From IMG/VR virus record IMGVR_UViG_3300042868_005134, positions 248,001 to 312,000 of that record: 64,000 bases of DNA. One strand, 5' to 3'. The notes below the pieces were generated by a model. That model saw only the letters and a program-made list of their open reading frames with translations, was not told the origin of the DNA and did not search any database. The position numbers were made by a program, and so were the translations under genes. Below, piece after piece: positions 34,366 through 43,023 of this stretch; within the stretch, counting starts at the first letter, position 1, and every line of letters starts with the position of its first letter.

Positions 34366-34838
34366 TTCTTACCCTCTGCTGCCTTGTTCAATTCAGTTGC
34401 TTGGTTATGTAGATCAATTATTTCTTTAGGTACAGGGCACTGCTCTATGTACTTGATAATTTCTTCTTTTTTAACAACTTCTCTATCTAGATACTGGGTA
34501 ATGTATTCTGTCTTACCTTTAATAACTTTAGTTTTTTCAACTACTTTTGATTCAACTATTGTGTTAGTTTCTTGAGATTTTTGTTCAGCAGCTTTGACTT
34601 GTGCTTCTAGTTCTCTAATTTTTACTTGCCATTTTTCTTCGTTGCTGGCAGCACCTAAACACCATACACTTAACACTACAGCTAGTATACCGCTTATTTG
34701 AACAGGCAACTTATAATTTTTAATAAAAGGTACAGATCCTAGCACGAAACTTGCTAGTATTGCCAAACTACCAGCTATCAATAATGTGGACCAAAACCAG
34801 TCGGGTAGCAATCCTAACATCCAAGTTATTTGCATCAT
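34362..34838 (-). CDS. i-spanin (Rz-like)
   Basis: N-terminal TM segments then coiled coil; 4-nt overlap with o-spanin. Confidence 0.7.
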   Translation of the reverse strand: MMQITWMLGLLPDWFWSTLLIAGSLAILASFVLGSVPFIKNYKLPVQISGILAVVLSVWCLGAASNEEKWQVKIRELEAQVKAAEQKSQETNTIVESKVVEKTKVIKGKTEYITQYLDREVVKKEEIIKYIEQCPVPKEIIDLHNQATELNKAAEGKK

Positions 34839-35575
34839 TAGATTTTCTCCAGGGCCACCGCGTTGCCTTCATTTTCAAAAATAAATGTATTACCGATTTT
34901 AGTAATATTATAATTTCCTATTACTTTTGTTAGATAGAGTATTTCGGCAATATCTGAATTTTCTATCATCATACGTCCTTGTACACTTTCGTAAACATCC
35001 TTACGTGGTCCCCAATTCTTAATTCGCATGGTCAATGGTGCAGTATATTTTTTAGAAAACGTAATACCGTCTGTATCTACATCTATACTTTCTAGATAAC
35101 TTTTGTTAAAGAAGTTGGTAAAATTATTGACGCGACTTTCATGAATACGCATATCATATTCGTCAGGCGTGTTGGGAATAGTTTCTATCAAACTTTGCTC
35201 ATCTACTGGTAGAGAGTGAAAACTTTTGTGATACCTAAACTTAAATTTGTCGATGCCTGTTAGCTTACCTACCCCGTCAAGGATTTCCATAATCTGTTCG
35301 CCTATACGTCGACCACGTTCGATCTCCACGAACACTTTGTATTTGCCATCGCTTAATTCGCCCGGTGTTGCGTCAGCATCCAATACGAAATCGTAGCCAC
35401 GCTCTACAAAATTTACTAGGTCTTTAGCAGGCTCATGATCCTCCACGGTAAAGCTAACAACCACAATGTCTTTGTCGCTGCCCATTTTGCTAGCATAGCT
35501 ATCAATTTCAAATATGTTGTCAACAAGATTTCGTAAATCTTCTTGACGTAGGTCTTCGTTAAACTGCTGGGACAC
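34838..35575 (-). CDS. hypothetical phage protein
   Basis: 245-aa ORF. Confidence 0.75.
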   Translation of the reverse strand: MSQQFNEDLRQEDLRNLVDNIFEIDSYASKMGSDKDIVVVSFTVEDHEPAKDLVNFVERGYDFVLDADATPGELSDGKYKVFVEIERGRRIGEQIMEILDGVGKLTGIDKFKFRYHKSFHSLPVDEQSLIETIPNTPDEYDMRIHESRVNNFTNFFNKSYLESIDVDTDGITFSKKYTAPLTMRIKNWGPRKDVYESVQGRMMIENSDIAEILYLTKVIGNYNITKIGNTFIFENEGNAVALEKI

Positions 35576-36116
35576 TTGGAGCTCCTCCTGCTACTGGCGC
35601 TGCTGGTGCGGCGGGTTCTACTTGTGCGTTATCTGCCGGTTCTGATGGAGCAGGCAGTTGACCTTCTGTTTTGCCTATGCCCATGTGTTCTCTCATCTTG
35701 GTCATATAACCGTTGAAGGTATCTTCGACTAGTTTTCGTGGCATAACAATTTCTACCAACCATACTGGCTTACGGTCCAATTTACCCTTCTGGGTATTAG
35801 GTCGCAAGTCATCTGGCGTTTTAACTTGCCTAGGCTCTAGTAACATTGATTTTTTGTATCGAACTTTACAACCGTAGTCCAGCAATCGTTTGCCTGCCAT
35901 AGGGTCGGGCATTTTGTCCATGGGCCACATAAAGCTGGCACTGATCCAGTGCCTCTCTAAAATAGGGCCTTCCGCAAGTTCGCCGTCTTGCCAATTTTTA
36001 TATACGTACATATCCATTTCGTCAAGCACTCTTTCGAAATCCTTGAGTTGGCCTAAACTGGTATTAGCAGAATAGATGGACTCTACGTTTTTAATAACGT
36101 CTAAAATATCAAGCAT
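35559..36116 (-). CDS. hypothetical phage protein with P/A-rich tail
   Basis: ORF preceded by ATAAATA. Confidence 0.75.
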   Translation of the reverse strand: MLDILDVIKNVESIYSANTSLGQLKDFERVLDEMDMYVYKNWQDGELAEGPILERHWISASFMWPMDKMPDPMAGKRLLDYGCKVRYKKSMLLEPRQVKTPDDLRPNTQKGKLDRKPVWLVEIVMPRKLVEDTFNGYMTKMREHMGIGKTEGQLPAPSEPADNAQVEPAAPAAPVAGGAPSVPAV

Positions 36117-36141
36117 ATTTCTTCCTAGAAACTTCTACACT

Positions 36142-36148
36142 TATTTAT
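36142..36148 (-). promoter_or_regulatory. putative late promoter ATAAATA
   Basis: 25 nt before ATG 36116. Confidence 0.5.
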
Positions 36149-36193
36149 CGAAGCGTAAATCATATCTTATCATATTACTTTTTGCCAAAAGTC

Positions 36194-36238
36194 TTAAATA
36201 CTATGCGGGACTGTAGGAAATGGTCCCTACAGTCCTGC
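36194..36238 (+). promoter_or_regulatory. TTAAATA motif followed by 13-bp leader hairpin upstream of phoH
   Basis: TTAAATA 36194-36200; GCGGGACTGTAGG-8nt-CCTACAGTCCTGC 36205-36238. Confidence 0.55.
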
Positions 36239-36261
36239 TTTACTAAAGTGGGAGAAACTTA

Positions 36262-36981
36262 ATGAGTAAAAACCGAGTGAAGAAACGTTTTACCTCGAAT
36301 GTTAACGTGATTGATTTCCATACACATGCGCCTCAAAAGAAGCATAGAGTAACGCTGTTGCCACGCAACAGAAACCAAGAGAATTATCTACACCAGCTAC
36401 AAGACGACAGCAAAAGCATTGTTTTTGCCATCGGCCCAGCCGGCACGGGTAAAACTCTACTTGCTGTACAAAATGGTATTAAAATGTACCAGGAAGGCCT
36501 AGTGGATAAAATCATAGTGACCAGACCCGCAGTTTCCGTCGATGAAGATTTAGGATTCTTGCCAGGCACGCTAAATGAAAAAATGGCACCTTGGACTAGA
36601 CCTATATTCGATGTGTTAGGTGAATATTATCAACAAAAGGATATAGAAAATATGCTTTATGAAGGCATAATTGAAATAAGCCCACTCGCATACATGCGCG
36701 GCCGCACGTTTAAGAATGCTTACGTTATAGCGGACGAGATGCAGAATGCAACTCAAAATCAAATGAAAATGCTATTAACTCGACTCGGTGAAAATAGCAG
36801 AATGGTTGTGACAGGCGATTTAGCACAGGCAGATCGTGTCAAAGATAACGGTCTTGTAGACTTCTGTAACTTGCTTAAAGCACACCCACGGTTAACTCAT
36901 ATAGAAGTAGTGAGGTTTGATCACAAAGACATCGAACGTCATGATGCTGTAAGAGAAGTACTTTCAGTATACGGAGATTAA
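36262..36981 (+). CDS. phoH: PhoH-like ATPase
   Basis: GPAGTGKT, TRPAV, GFLPG, YMRGRTF, DEMQN, LLTRLG, GDLAQ. Confidence 0.95.
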   Translation: MSKNRVKKRFTSNVNVIDFHTHAPQKKHRVTLLPRNRNQENYLHQLQDDSKSIVFAIGPAGTGKTLLAVQNGIKMYQEGLVDKIIVTRPAVSVDEDLGFLPGTLNEKMAPWTRPIFDVLGEYYQQKDIENMLYEGIIEISPLAYMRGRTFKNAYVIADEMQNATQNQMKMLLTRLGENSRMVVTGDLAQADRVKDNGLVDFCNLLKAHPRLTHIEVVRFDHKDIERHDAVREVLSVYGD

Positions 36982-37006
36982 AAAAAGGACCTTCGGGTCC
37001 TTTTTT
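36981..37006. terminator. bidirectional intrinsic terminator with cUUCGg loop
   Basis: AAAAAAGGACC-TTCG-GGTCCTTTTTT between convergent genes. Confidence 0.9.
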
Positions 37007-37007
37007 G

Positions 37008-37460
37008 TTATTCTACTTGTGTGATCTCTACGCCTGATTTTTCGAGAAACGCGATGCCACCAGTATCCCGATAAGAGTTACGATATAGAACGTGCCCAAT
37101 ACCGCTTTGGTATATAAGTTTGGCACACTCCATACATGGAGCATGGGTAATAAACATAGTAGCGCCCAGACCACTGTTTGTACTTTTAGCCAATTTGGCA
37201 ATCGCATTAGATTCCGCATGTAATACCTCTGGTTTAGTTTTTAATCGGTGAGAGATGATAGCGCCTGGAAATCCCGCATAACTATCTACAATCTCAACCT
37301 CGCAGTTGTTGTCCCAACCTGCGGGCATGCCATTATAGCCGTAACTGATCACGCTGTCATCCTTTACAATGACTGCACCTACTTTGAGTCTTTCTGCGTG
37401 ACTAAGTTGGGCTGTGCGTTCTGCCCAATCCATATACAAGTCTATGAACTTTTGTTTCAT
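37008..37460 (-). CDS. dCMP deaminase
   Basis: GYNG, HAESNA, PCMEC. Confidence 0.92.
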   Translation of the reverse strand: MKQKFIDLYMDWAERTAQLSHAERLKVGAVIVKDDSVISYGYNGMPAGWDNNCEVEIVDSYAGFPGAIISHRLKTKPEVLHAESNAIAKLAKSTNSGLGATMFITHAPCMECAKLIYQSGIGHVLYRNSYRDTGGIAFLEKSGVEITQVE

Positions 37461-37780
37461 TCTTCTAGCAGGTCAAGTTTGTTAGGCTTATCTTTCCACT
37501 CGGCAGCATCGGGCAGTGCCTCTTTCTTTTTAGTAATGTTAGGCCACTTTTTACTCAAACGCCTATTCAAGTCAGTCCATACTATGACATTTATAGTAGT
37601 GTCGTTGTCAGGCACAATAGCGTCAACAGGACACTCTGGTACACATACCGCACAATCAATACACTCATCGGGGTTAATTGCTAGAAAATTAGGGCCTTCG
37701 TAAAAACAGTCAACAGGGCATACTTCTACACAATCGGTATGTTTACATTTAATACAATTTTCAGTTACTAAGTAAGTCAT
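37457..37780 (-). CDS. fdxA: 7Fe ferredoxin (FdxA-type)
   Basis: [18 protein letters not shown] and [12 protein letters not shown]. Confidence 0.9.
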   Translation of the reverse strand: MTYLVTENCIKCKHTDCVEVCPVDCFYEGPNFLAINPDECIDCAVCVPECPVDAIVPDNDTTINVIVWTDLNRRLSKKWPNITKKKEALPDAAEWKDKPNKLDLLEE

Positions 37781-38703
37781 TCGTTAATCCTTGCCAATCT
37801 AATAAGTGTTGCTGATAGGTTAATTTCGGCATCGCTTACCAAAGCATGATCCACTAGCCCTTGCTTGATAATCAACACGGCGCTGTCTCTCGTATGGTCG
37901 TCTTTGCCAAACAATTCAATGTTGTCATACATCCAGCGATAAATTTCTTCCATCTCTTCGGGACGAGCTTGGCTACACAAGATTTTACGTGCTTCATTAA
38001 TCTTACCTTTCTTGAAAAGTGTGACCATTTCAATTCTGTAATCAAGTGTGCTTTCATCTGCCTCAGCACTTTGTAATTTTCCGTCTAAACTATTCATTTG
38101 TATATTGTTAATACATTTACGAAGGTCTGGATATGTTGCCTTAACAAACGTATCCAGTGTGTCTAAATCAAACTCGACGTTTTCTTCTACAAGAATAGTG
38201 GCTGCTCTGGCTGTAAATTCTGTAATATCAGTTTTTTCAATATGTAATTTTTGGCATCTGCTGTGTAGAGGTGTAATGATACGATTCGGATAGTTACAAG
38301 TTAGAATAAATCTAACGCTGTGACTGTAATCTTCCATCAAGTTACGTAACGCAGGCTGTACGCTAGTTGGATTAAGATAGTCTGCTTCGTCCAGTATGAC
38401 CACTTTGAAATCGCCAAAGGGCATTGTTTGACAGAAACCTTCTAGCTTATCTCGCAACCAATCAATCTTTCTACCGTCTTTACTGGCGTTCACTGACATC
38501 ACATCAGTATCTTGTACATCCAGCATGTTAACAAGAATTTTTGCCAAGGTAGTTTTGCCCACACCGGCATTTCCGCTAAACAGCAAATGCGGTATACTGC
38601 CTTCCTTAATCCAGTTTTCTATCTGTGCTTTTTGATGTTCATCTTTAAACACGTATCCGTCTAGCGTATTAGGACGGTATTTTTCAACCCATAGTTCTTT
38701 CAT
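37777..38703 (-). CDS. clamp loader AAA+ subunit (gp44/RFC-like)
   Basis: [23 protein letters not shown]. Confidence 0.92.
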   Translation of the reverse strand: MKELWVEKYRPNTLDGYVFKDEHQKAQIENWIKEGSIPHLLFSGNAGVGKTTLAKILVNMLDVQDTDVMSVNASKDGRKIDWLRDKLEGFCQTMPFGDFKVVILDEADYLNPTSVQPALRNLMEDYSHSVRFILTCNYPNRIITPLHSRCQKLHIEKTDITEFTARAATILVEENVEFDLDTLDTFVKATYPDLRKCINNIQMNSLDGKLQSAEADESTLDYRIEMVTLFKKGKINEARKILCSQARPEEMEEIYRWMYDNIELFGKDDHTRDSAVLIIKQGLVDHALVSDAEINLSATLIRLARINE

Positions 38704-38837
38704 TCTTCGACCTTTGTAAATTCATAAACATCACAGGAGCGTATTTTATACACCACAAACTGTGTAGCATCGCGTAGCGTGGGAAACAACTTCGTCGTTC
38801 TCGTTCCGCCAATCATATAATACTTCACTCTCCACAT
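38700..38837 (-). CDS. small hypothetical protein (45 aa, not in ORF track)
   Basis: [45 protein letters not shown]; overlaps at both ends. Confidence 0.6.
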   Translation of the reverse strand: MWRVKYYMIGGTRTTKLFPTLRDATQFVVYKIRSCDVYEFTKVEE

Positions 38838-39004
38838 TAAACCAACTCTTCAACAATGCCAAGTATCTCTGCCATAATAAGACAAACACCTGCCATTAGT
38901 AAATTGCCTGTAATCAAACAGCCGCCTGCTACAATACGAATGGCACTCTTTACAAGACTAACATAAAAATGTCCCTTGCTTGTATCTTTGGGTTGTATTT
39001 CCAT
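38837..39004 (-). CDS. small membrane protein (55 aa, not in ORF track)
   Basis: MEIQPKDTSKGHFYVSLVKSAIRIVAGGCLITGNLLMAGVCLIMAEILGIVEELV; AGGA SD. Confidence 0.65.
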   Translation of the reverse strand: MEIQPKDTSKGHFYVSLVKSAIRIVAGGCLITGNLLMAGVCLIMAEILGIVEELV

Positions 39005-39006
39005 TT

Positions 39007-39249
39007 TTAATCCTTTAAAATTTCATCTACAATTATATCACTGCCCGGGAACGTAGTTACATGATATTCAGTTTCTCCTATTAAGAAATAACTAGTCCAA
39101 CTGCGTTGATTGTTTGTTTCTTTGAAAGGCTCCATTACCGATAACAGTAATAGAATTTGTTCCTTTTCTTTGCCCTCTAATGTTTTAGTAGGTGGGCCCA
39201 AAACTTTGCGTAAAAACGCTTGGGCTTGTTCTTGAGACATTTCTTTCAT
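39007..39249 (-). CDS. hypothetical protein
   Basis: ORF directly behind a sigma70 promoter. Confidence 0.7.
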   Translation of the reverse strand: MKEMSQEQAQAFLRKVLGPPTKTLEGKEKEQILLLLSVMEPFKETNNQRSWTSYFLIGETEYHVTTFPGSDIIVDEILKD

Positions 39250-39255
39250 TCTCTT

Positions 39256-39284
39256 ATTATACAGAAAAAGAAAGGGTCTGTCTA
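39256..39284 (-). promoter_or_regulatory. sigma70 promoter TAGACA-17-TATAAT, 6 nt before ATG
   Basis: -35 39279-39284 lies in terminator loop; -10 39256-39261. Confidence 0.65.
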
Positions 39285-39292
39285 GACCCTTT
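39271..39292 (-). terminator. intrinsic terminator
   Basis: AAAGGGTCT-4nt-AGACCCTTT then CTTTTT on minus strand. Confidence 0.7.
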
Positions 39293-39295
39293 GAG

Positions 39296-39652
39296 TTATT
39301 TGCTCACAAAAGGAGCCAACTCCGGCGGCACCCACCCTATGGGTTTCAATACCTTACCGTCTTCTCGTTTACGCACTTTACCAGTGTCTCGATCAATTTT
39401 GGCAAAGTTAGTAGTCATAACTTCTTTCCATGCGCCTTCAGCATCCCACCCAGCACTGTGGATAGCACCAATGGTAACAACTAAAATATCAATAAGTGCA
39501 TCTAGTGTTTCAACATCGTTAGGCGCATCTTTGAGTTCTTTGTATTCCTCATCGATCAAATCCATATACATGTCAAACTGTGCTTGATCTCCGGTGACAC
39601 TTTGATCGCAAGCCCGCATAAACTTTTCTTGATCTCTAAAAGGATTTGTCAT
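39296..39652 (-). CDS. all-alpha NTP pyrophosphohydrolase (MazG/PRA-PH-like)
   Basis: IDEEYKEL, DALIDILVV, NFAKI, REDGKVLKP. Confidence 0.85.
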   Translation of the reverse strand: MTNPFRDQEKFMRACDQSVTGDQAQFDMYMDLIDEEYKELKDAPNDVETLDALIDILVVTIGAIHSAGWDAEGAWKEVMTTNFAKIDRDTGKVRKREDGKVLKPIGWVPPELAPFVSK

Positions 39653-40038
39653 CTTGTTATAAAGTCTTCTGGTTTGATATTGCTAGTTGGACTAGAATCA
39701 AATTCTTCACCAATGTATAAATCGTTAGGTTTTTCATCTGTTTGAAGCATAATTGAAACAGGCTCTACACGTCTGATAACAATCTCTACTCCGCTATCGT
39801 CTACTTTAACACCGCGAGTCCACCGCCCATGTTCCACAAGAATCCATTCGCCTACTTGTACATCTAGTTGTGCTGGACCAACAGCCCACACTTTAGCCCA
39901 TCTAGGTTTGATGCCGTGTGCTTTACCGTCATCACTTTGAATAACAATACCACTGGCTGTGGTCTGTTCTTCAAAACTCATGTCTGTTACCAATACATTA
40001 TCGTGTAGTGGTCTCAGTTTTCCTTTTACAACATTCAT
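39649..40038 (-). CDS. groES: co-chaperonin GroES (gp31-like)
   Basis: LRPLHDNVLV, TTASGIVI, VWAVGP, VQVGEWIL. Confidence 0.85.
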   Translation of the reverse strand: MNVVKGKLRPLHDNVLVTDMSFEEQTTASGIVIQSDDGKAHGIKPRWAKVWAVGPAQLDVQVGEWILVEHGRWTRGVKVDDSGVEIVIRRVEPVSIMLQTDEKPNDLYIGEEFDSSPTSNIKPEDFITR

Positions 40039-40047
40039 GTAAGCCTC

Positions 40048-40257
40048 TTATTCGTCTTTGGGTTGTGGACGGCCAGTATAATATTCTGCCATAACATCTT
40101 CACGTTTGCGAACAATTTTACCGCCAGGCCCAATTTCATCACCGCGGGCATTTACACGGGCATTGCCCACAGCAAGAACAGTTTCGTTTCTATTGCGTAG
40201 TTTATCAAGGTCAATTTCTCTGCCCTGCATAGTTCTATAAGTTTGTCTTTGTGCCAT
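40048..40257 (-). CDS. hypothetical phage protein
   Basis: GGAGAG SD; ATAAGTA variant motif upstream. Confidence 0.7.
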   Translation of the reverse strand: MAQRQTYRTMQGREIDLDKLRNRNETVLAVGNARVNARGDEIGPGGKIVRKREDVMAEYYTGRPQPKDE

Positions 40258-40282
40258 AATAGCTCTCCTGTTATATATGTAC

Positions 40283-40783
40283 TTATCTCAAAAATTCTCG
40301 CCAGTCCAAATCGTATTTGACACTGTCGATTTTGTGTACGCCTATCAAAAATAGCGCATAACTGGCCACGCTACTTCCTCTACCCACACCCCATAATACA
40401 TTTTTACCATGTAATGTATCTACTACATATTTAAGTACACGCAGAATATCTATCATGTTTCTTGATTGAAATTCTTGTAATTCTTCAATAAGGCGCGGGT
40501 AGTTTTGTTTAGGGCACAGATTTACTAGGAACCCTTCTATATCCATGTTTCGATATTCGCTGGGCATAAACCAATCAGTTTGGCACATTGCGTCAAATTG
40601 TGCTTGATCAACATCTAGTTGTTCAAACAATTTTAAGTTTAGTTCAGAATGTGTTTTCAGCTGTTGTGTACTGGCTGTTTTTTCTATCAGGATTTCTGAA
40701 AGGTAATCTACCTTATTAGAGTATATTAAATCAAATATATCTTTTTCTTGATAGATTACGTTGCCTAGTTGGTCATATTGCAT
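40283..40783 (-). CDS. mini protein homologous to a DNA polymerase III alpha (DnaE) fragment
   Basis: RLIEELQEF...WGVGRGSSVASYALFLIGVHKIDSVKYDLDWREFLR matches DnaE GxGRGS...GITxIDPxxYxLxFERFL. Confidence 0.75.
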   Translation of the reverse strand: MQYDQLGNVIYQEKDIFDLIYSNKVDYLSEILIEKTASTQQLKTHSELNLKLFEQLDVDQAQFDAMCQTDWFMPSEYRNMDIEGFLVNLCPKQNYPRLIEELQEFQSRNMIDILRVLKYVVDTLHGKNVLWGVGRGSSVASYALFLIGVHKIDSVKYDLDWREFLR

Positions 40784-40789
40784 GCCACT

Positions 40790-40818
40790 AGTTTAGCTGA
40801 CTTTGATCAAATTGTCAA
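40790..40818 (-). promoter_or_regulatory. sigma70 promoter TTGACA-17-TAAACT, 6 nt before ATG
   Basis: -35 40813-40818, -10 40790-40795. Confidence 0.7.
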
Positions 40819-41026
40819 GATCTTTATCTCTCTTTTGATAAGTTTGTTCCCATTGTCTTGCTCTGCGCATGGCAAGTTCTGTTTTATACAAATCGATAAA
40901 AATGGCAATTTGCTGTTTTACCGAAGGGTTTTGAGCCTGCCAATATTTTCTACTTAGCTCTTGAAGTTTTTCTTCAACTTCGGTATCTTTCAGTGTGCTA
41001 AAATCTTCTGCTAATGGATGTATCAT
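40793..41026 (-). CDS. hypothetical helical protein
   Basis: coupled ORF. Confidence 0.7.
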   Translation of the reverse strand: MIHPLAEDFSTLKDTEVEEKLQELSRKYWQAQNPSVKQQIAIFIDLYKTELAMRRARQWEQTYQKRDKDLDNLIKVS

Positions 41027-43023
41027 GCAAAAATTACTCCATTATTACCAACACATACCCATTTATTACTAATGTATGTCATAGTACACCCTTGCCCAGC
41101 AGCACTAAATGTCATTGTACCTGCACCTCCCCACACGGGATTTGTAACAGTGATAACCATATTCCCGCCGGCCGCTATCATGGCAAATTGTATAGTTCTT
41201 CCATTGCCACTTGCTAGTAGTGTAGCAGTCTCTGCTCCAACTGTGGAGAAATAAATAATTTCAGCTCTTGGATCAACAACTCCGCCTCCCTCCAGATCCT
41301 GGGCGTCGAGTACATCTAATATATTTTGTATGATCCAATTCGTGCCGTCGCTTACCAATGTTATTGTAGAGAAGCTGGATGCACACGTTAAATTAGTTGC
41401 AACTCCGTCTATTAGTTTTCCATTCCTGTTTATAGTAATAAAATTAGTAGATGCGTTTCCGTTGTCAGCAAATGATACAAAATCTCCAGCAACAGTAGTA
41501 GACGGTAATGTGATAGTAAACGGACCACCACTACTATCACCAATTATACGTTGATTAGGCATCGCAGTGTAATTTTTTCTCACTAATACCTTTGTTTCTG
41601 AGCTGCCAATCGGAATCTGTGTTTCTCCGCCTAGCTTACTAGTATCAATCATTGTGCCAGTTTCATCGCCATATACATATAAGTTTGGTGTTTCAGTACT
41701 AACAACAATTTGAATATACGAACCTGGTAGACCGGCTGTGCCTACAACAGTAACACCTGTACTATATAAATTAACAGTTGCTGGTACTGCAGTATCCGGA
41801 GTTGTGGAAAATCTTAAAGGTCCTCCTGAATTACTACCGTCGCTCAAGTTAAATTTATATGTAAAACCTGGTACTAATTTTAATCCAGCACTAGTAATTT
41901 TATCGCCGTCTATAAAAAATATTTCTTGAATACCAGAACCATCGTCATCGATAGTAACAGCATATTCTTTAAAATTATTGCTGTCAATGGTTATAGTATT
42001 TGTGTCTGATCTAGTTATTGTTGTTCCATATCCACTAGCAAATTTAATACTGTCAGTACCACTGCCAGAGCCGCCAGCATCTAAATCTAAATTGGCGCCA
42101 CCAGTTATTGTGCTAGCTTTAATGCTGTATGTGGTGTCAGTGTTGACAGTTTGATTAATCCAAGTTGTGTCGAAGTCTGTGTTTGATATTTTAGACAATA
42201 CTTGTCCGGTTGTGCCTCCTGTGGCTACACCTGTGCCCGCGCCGCTAGTAATACTAGCAGTAAGGTCGCTACTGTTTACCCACTGACCTCCTATGTATTT
42301 TAACACTTGTCCTGAAGAAGGTGTAATAATAGATACATTACTTAAATTATTTAAACTTAAATTTATATTGCTGTTAACCCAAGATGTTCCGTTAAATGAT
42401 AATATTTGCCCTAATGTACTTCCAGATAACGTAACATCTAATAAATCATTAATAGTAGTAGGAGATACGCCATCGGCCGCTAATTCGACAACATAAACAT
42501 CAACGCCCGCATTTATAGTCCATACTTCAAATACTCTCGAAGCGGATAGGTCTGTCCCAGTGGCAATTGGATTAGTTAAACTTCCCATGAATCGTACAGC
42601 ACCGCCGCCGCTTGTGGCAAAGTTGAAGTAATAATTAGTGCCATTACTTCTAATAGAAACTTTTATTCTTCCATATAGTCCGTTACTCGGCCAATCTTGA
42701 AAAGTTAGTAAATGTGATCCTACTATTGTTATTTCGTGATACTCCCCGTCTGCTAAACTTACATTAGTAGACGACGTACTGGTAGTTGTGTACACACTGC
42801 CATATAATTGATTGGTTACTGCGTTAGAAATAACGTTTCCGTTAAAATCGTTATCGTCGTTGAGTTTGGCAGTGTTGGTCTGTAATTCAGTAATCTCGGC
42901 ATTGGCAGTGGCCAAGCCATCTCTAATAATACTAAAGTTATCTCTGAATCCCTGACTGTCGTTGTCTACTCCGGCTACAGGAAAATCTGCGTCGATGGTA
43001 GCTGATACTATTGCGCTGGTCAT
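41023..43023 (-). CDS. virion structural protein (baseplate/fibre-associated)
   Basis: FPVAGVDNDSQGFRDNF N-terminus; fibre-type LNDLLDV and GGTTGQVLSK modules. Confidence 0.7.
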   Translation of the reverse strand: MTSAIVSATIDADFPVAGVDNDSQGFRDNFSIIRDGLATANAEITELQTNTAKLNDDNDFNGNVISNAVTNQLYGSVYTTTSTSSTNVSLADGEYHEITIVGSHLLTFQDWPSNGLYGRIKVSIRSNGTNYYFNFATSGGGAVRFMGSLTNPIATGTDLSASRVFEVWTINAGVDVYVVELAADGVSPTTINDLLDVTLSGSTLGQILSFNGTSWVNSNINLSLNNLSNVSIITPSSGQVLKYIGGQWVNSSDLTASITSGAGTGVATGGTTGQVLSKISNTDFDTTWINQTVNTDTTYSIKASTITGGANLDLDAGGSGSGTDSIKFASGYGTTITRSDTNTITIDSNNFKEYAVTIDDDGSGIQEIFFIDGDKITSAGLKLVPGFTYKFNLSDGSNSGGPLRFSTTPDTAVPATVNLYSTGVTVVGTAGLPGSYIQIVVSTETPNLYVYGDETGTMIDTSKLGGETQIPIGSSETKVLVRKNYTAMPNQRIIGDSSGGPFTITLPSTTVAGDFVSFADNGNASTNFITINRNGKLIDGVATNLTCASSFSTITLVSDGTNWIIQNILDVLDAQDLEGGGVVDPRAEIIYFSTVGAETATLLASGNGRTIQFAMIAAGGNMVITVTNPVWGGAGTMTFSAAGQGCTMTYISNKWVCVGNNGVIFA

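Noticed and set aside
15967-38703. Eukaryotic giant virus or archaeal origin from PolB, clamp and RFC-like genes
   Set aside because: SD sites, sigma70 promoters, spanins, endolysin and gp9/10-like baseplate genes indicate a tailed bacteriophage.
28936-40038. Host chromosome or prophage flank (clpA, def, dnaJ, fdxA, groES)
   Set aside because: These genes are interleaved with phage lysis, clamp-loader and structural genes, with the same promoters and strand; no integrase or att site.
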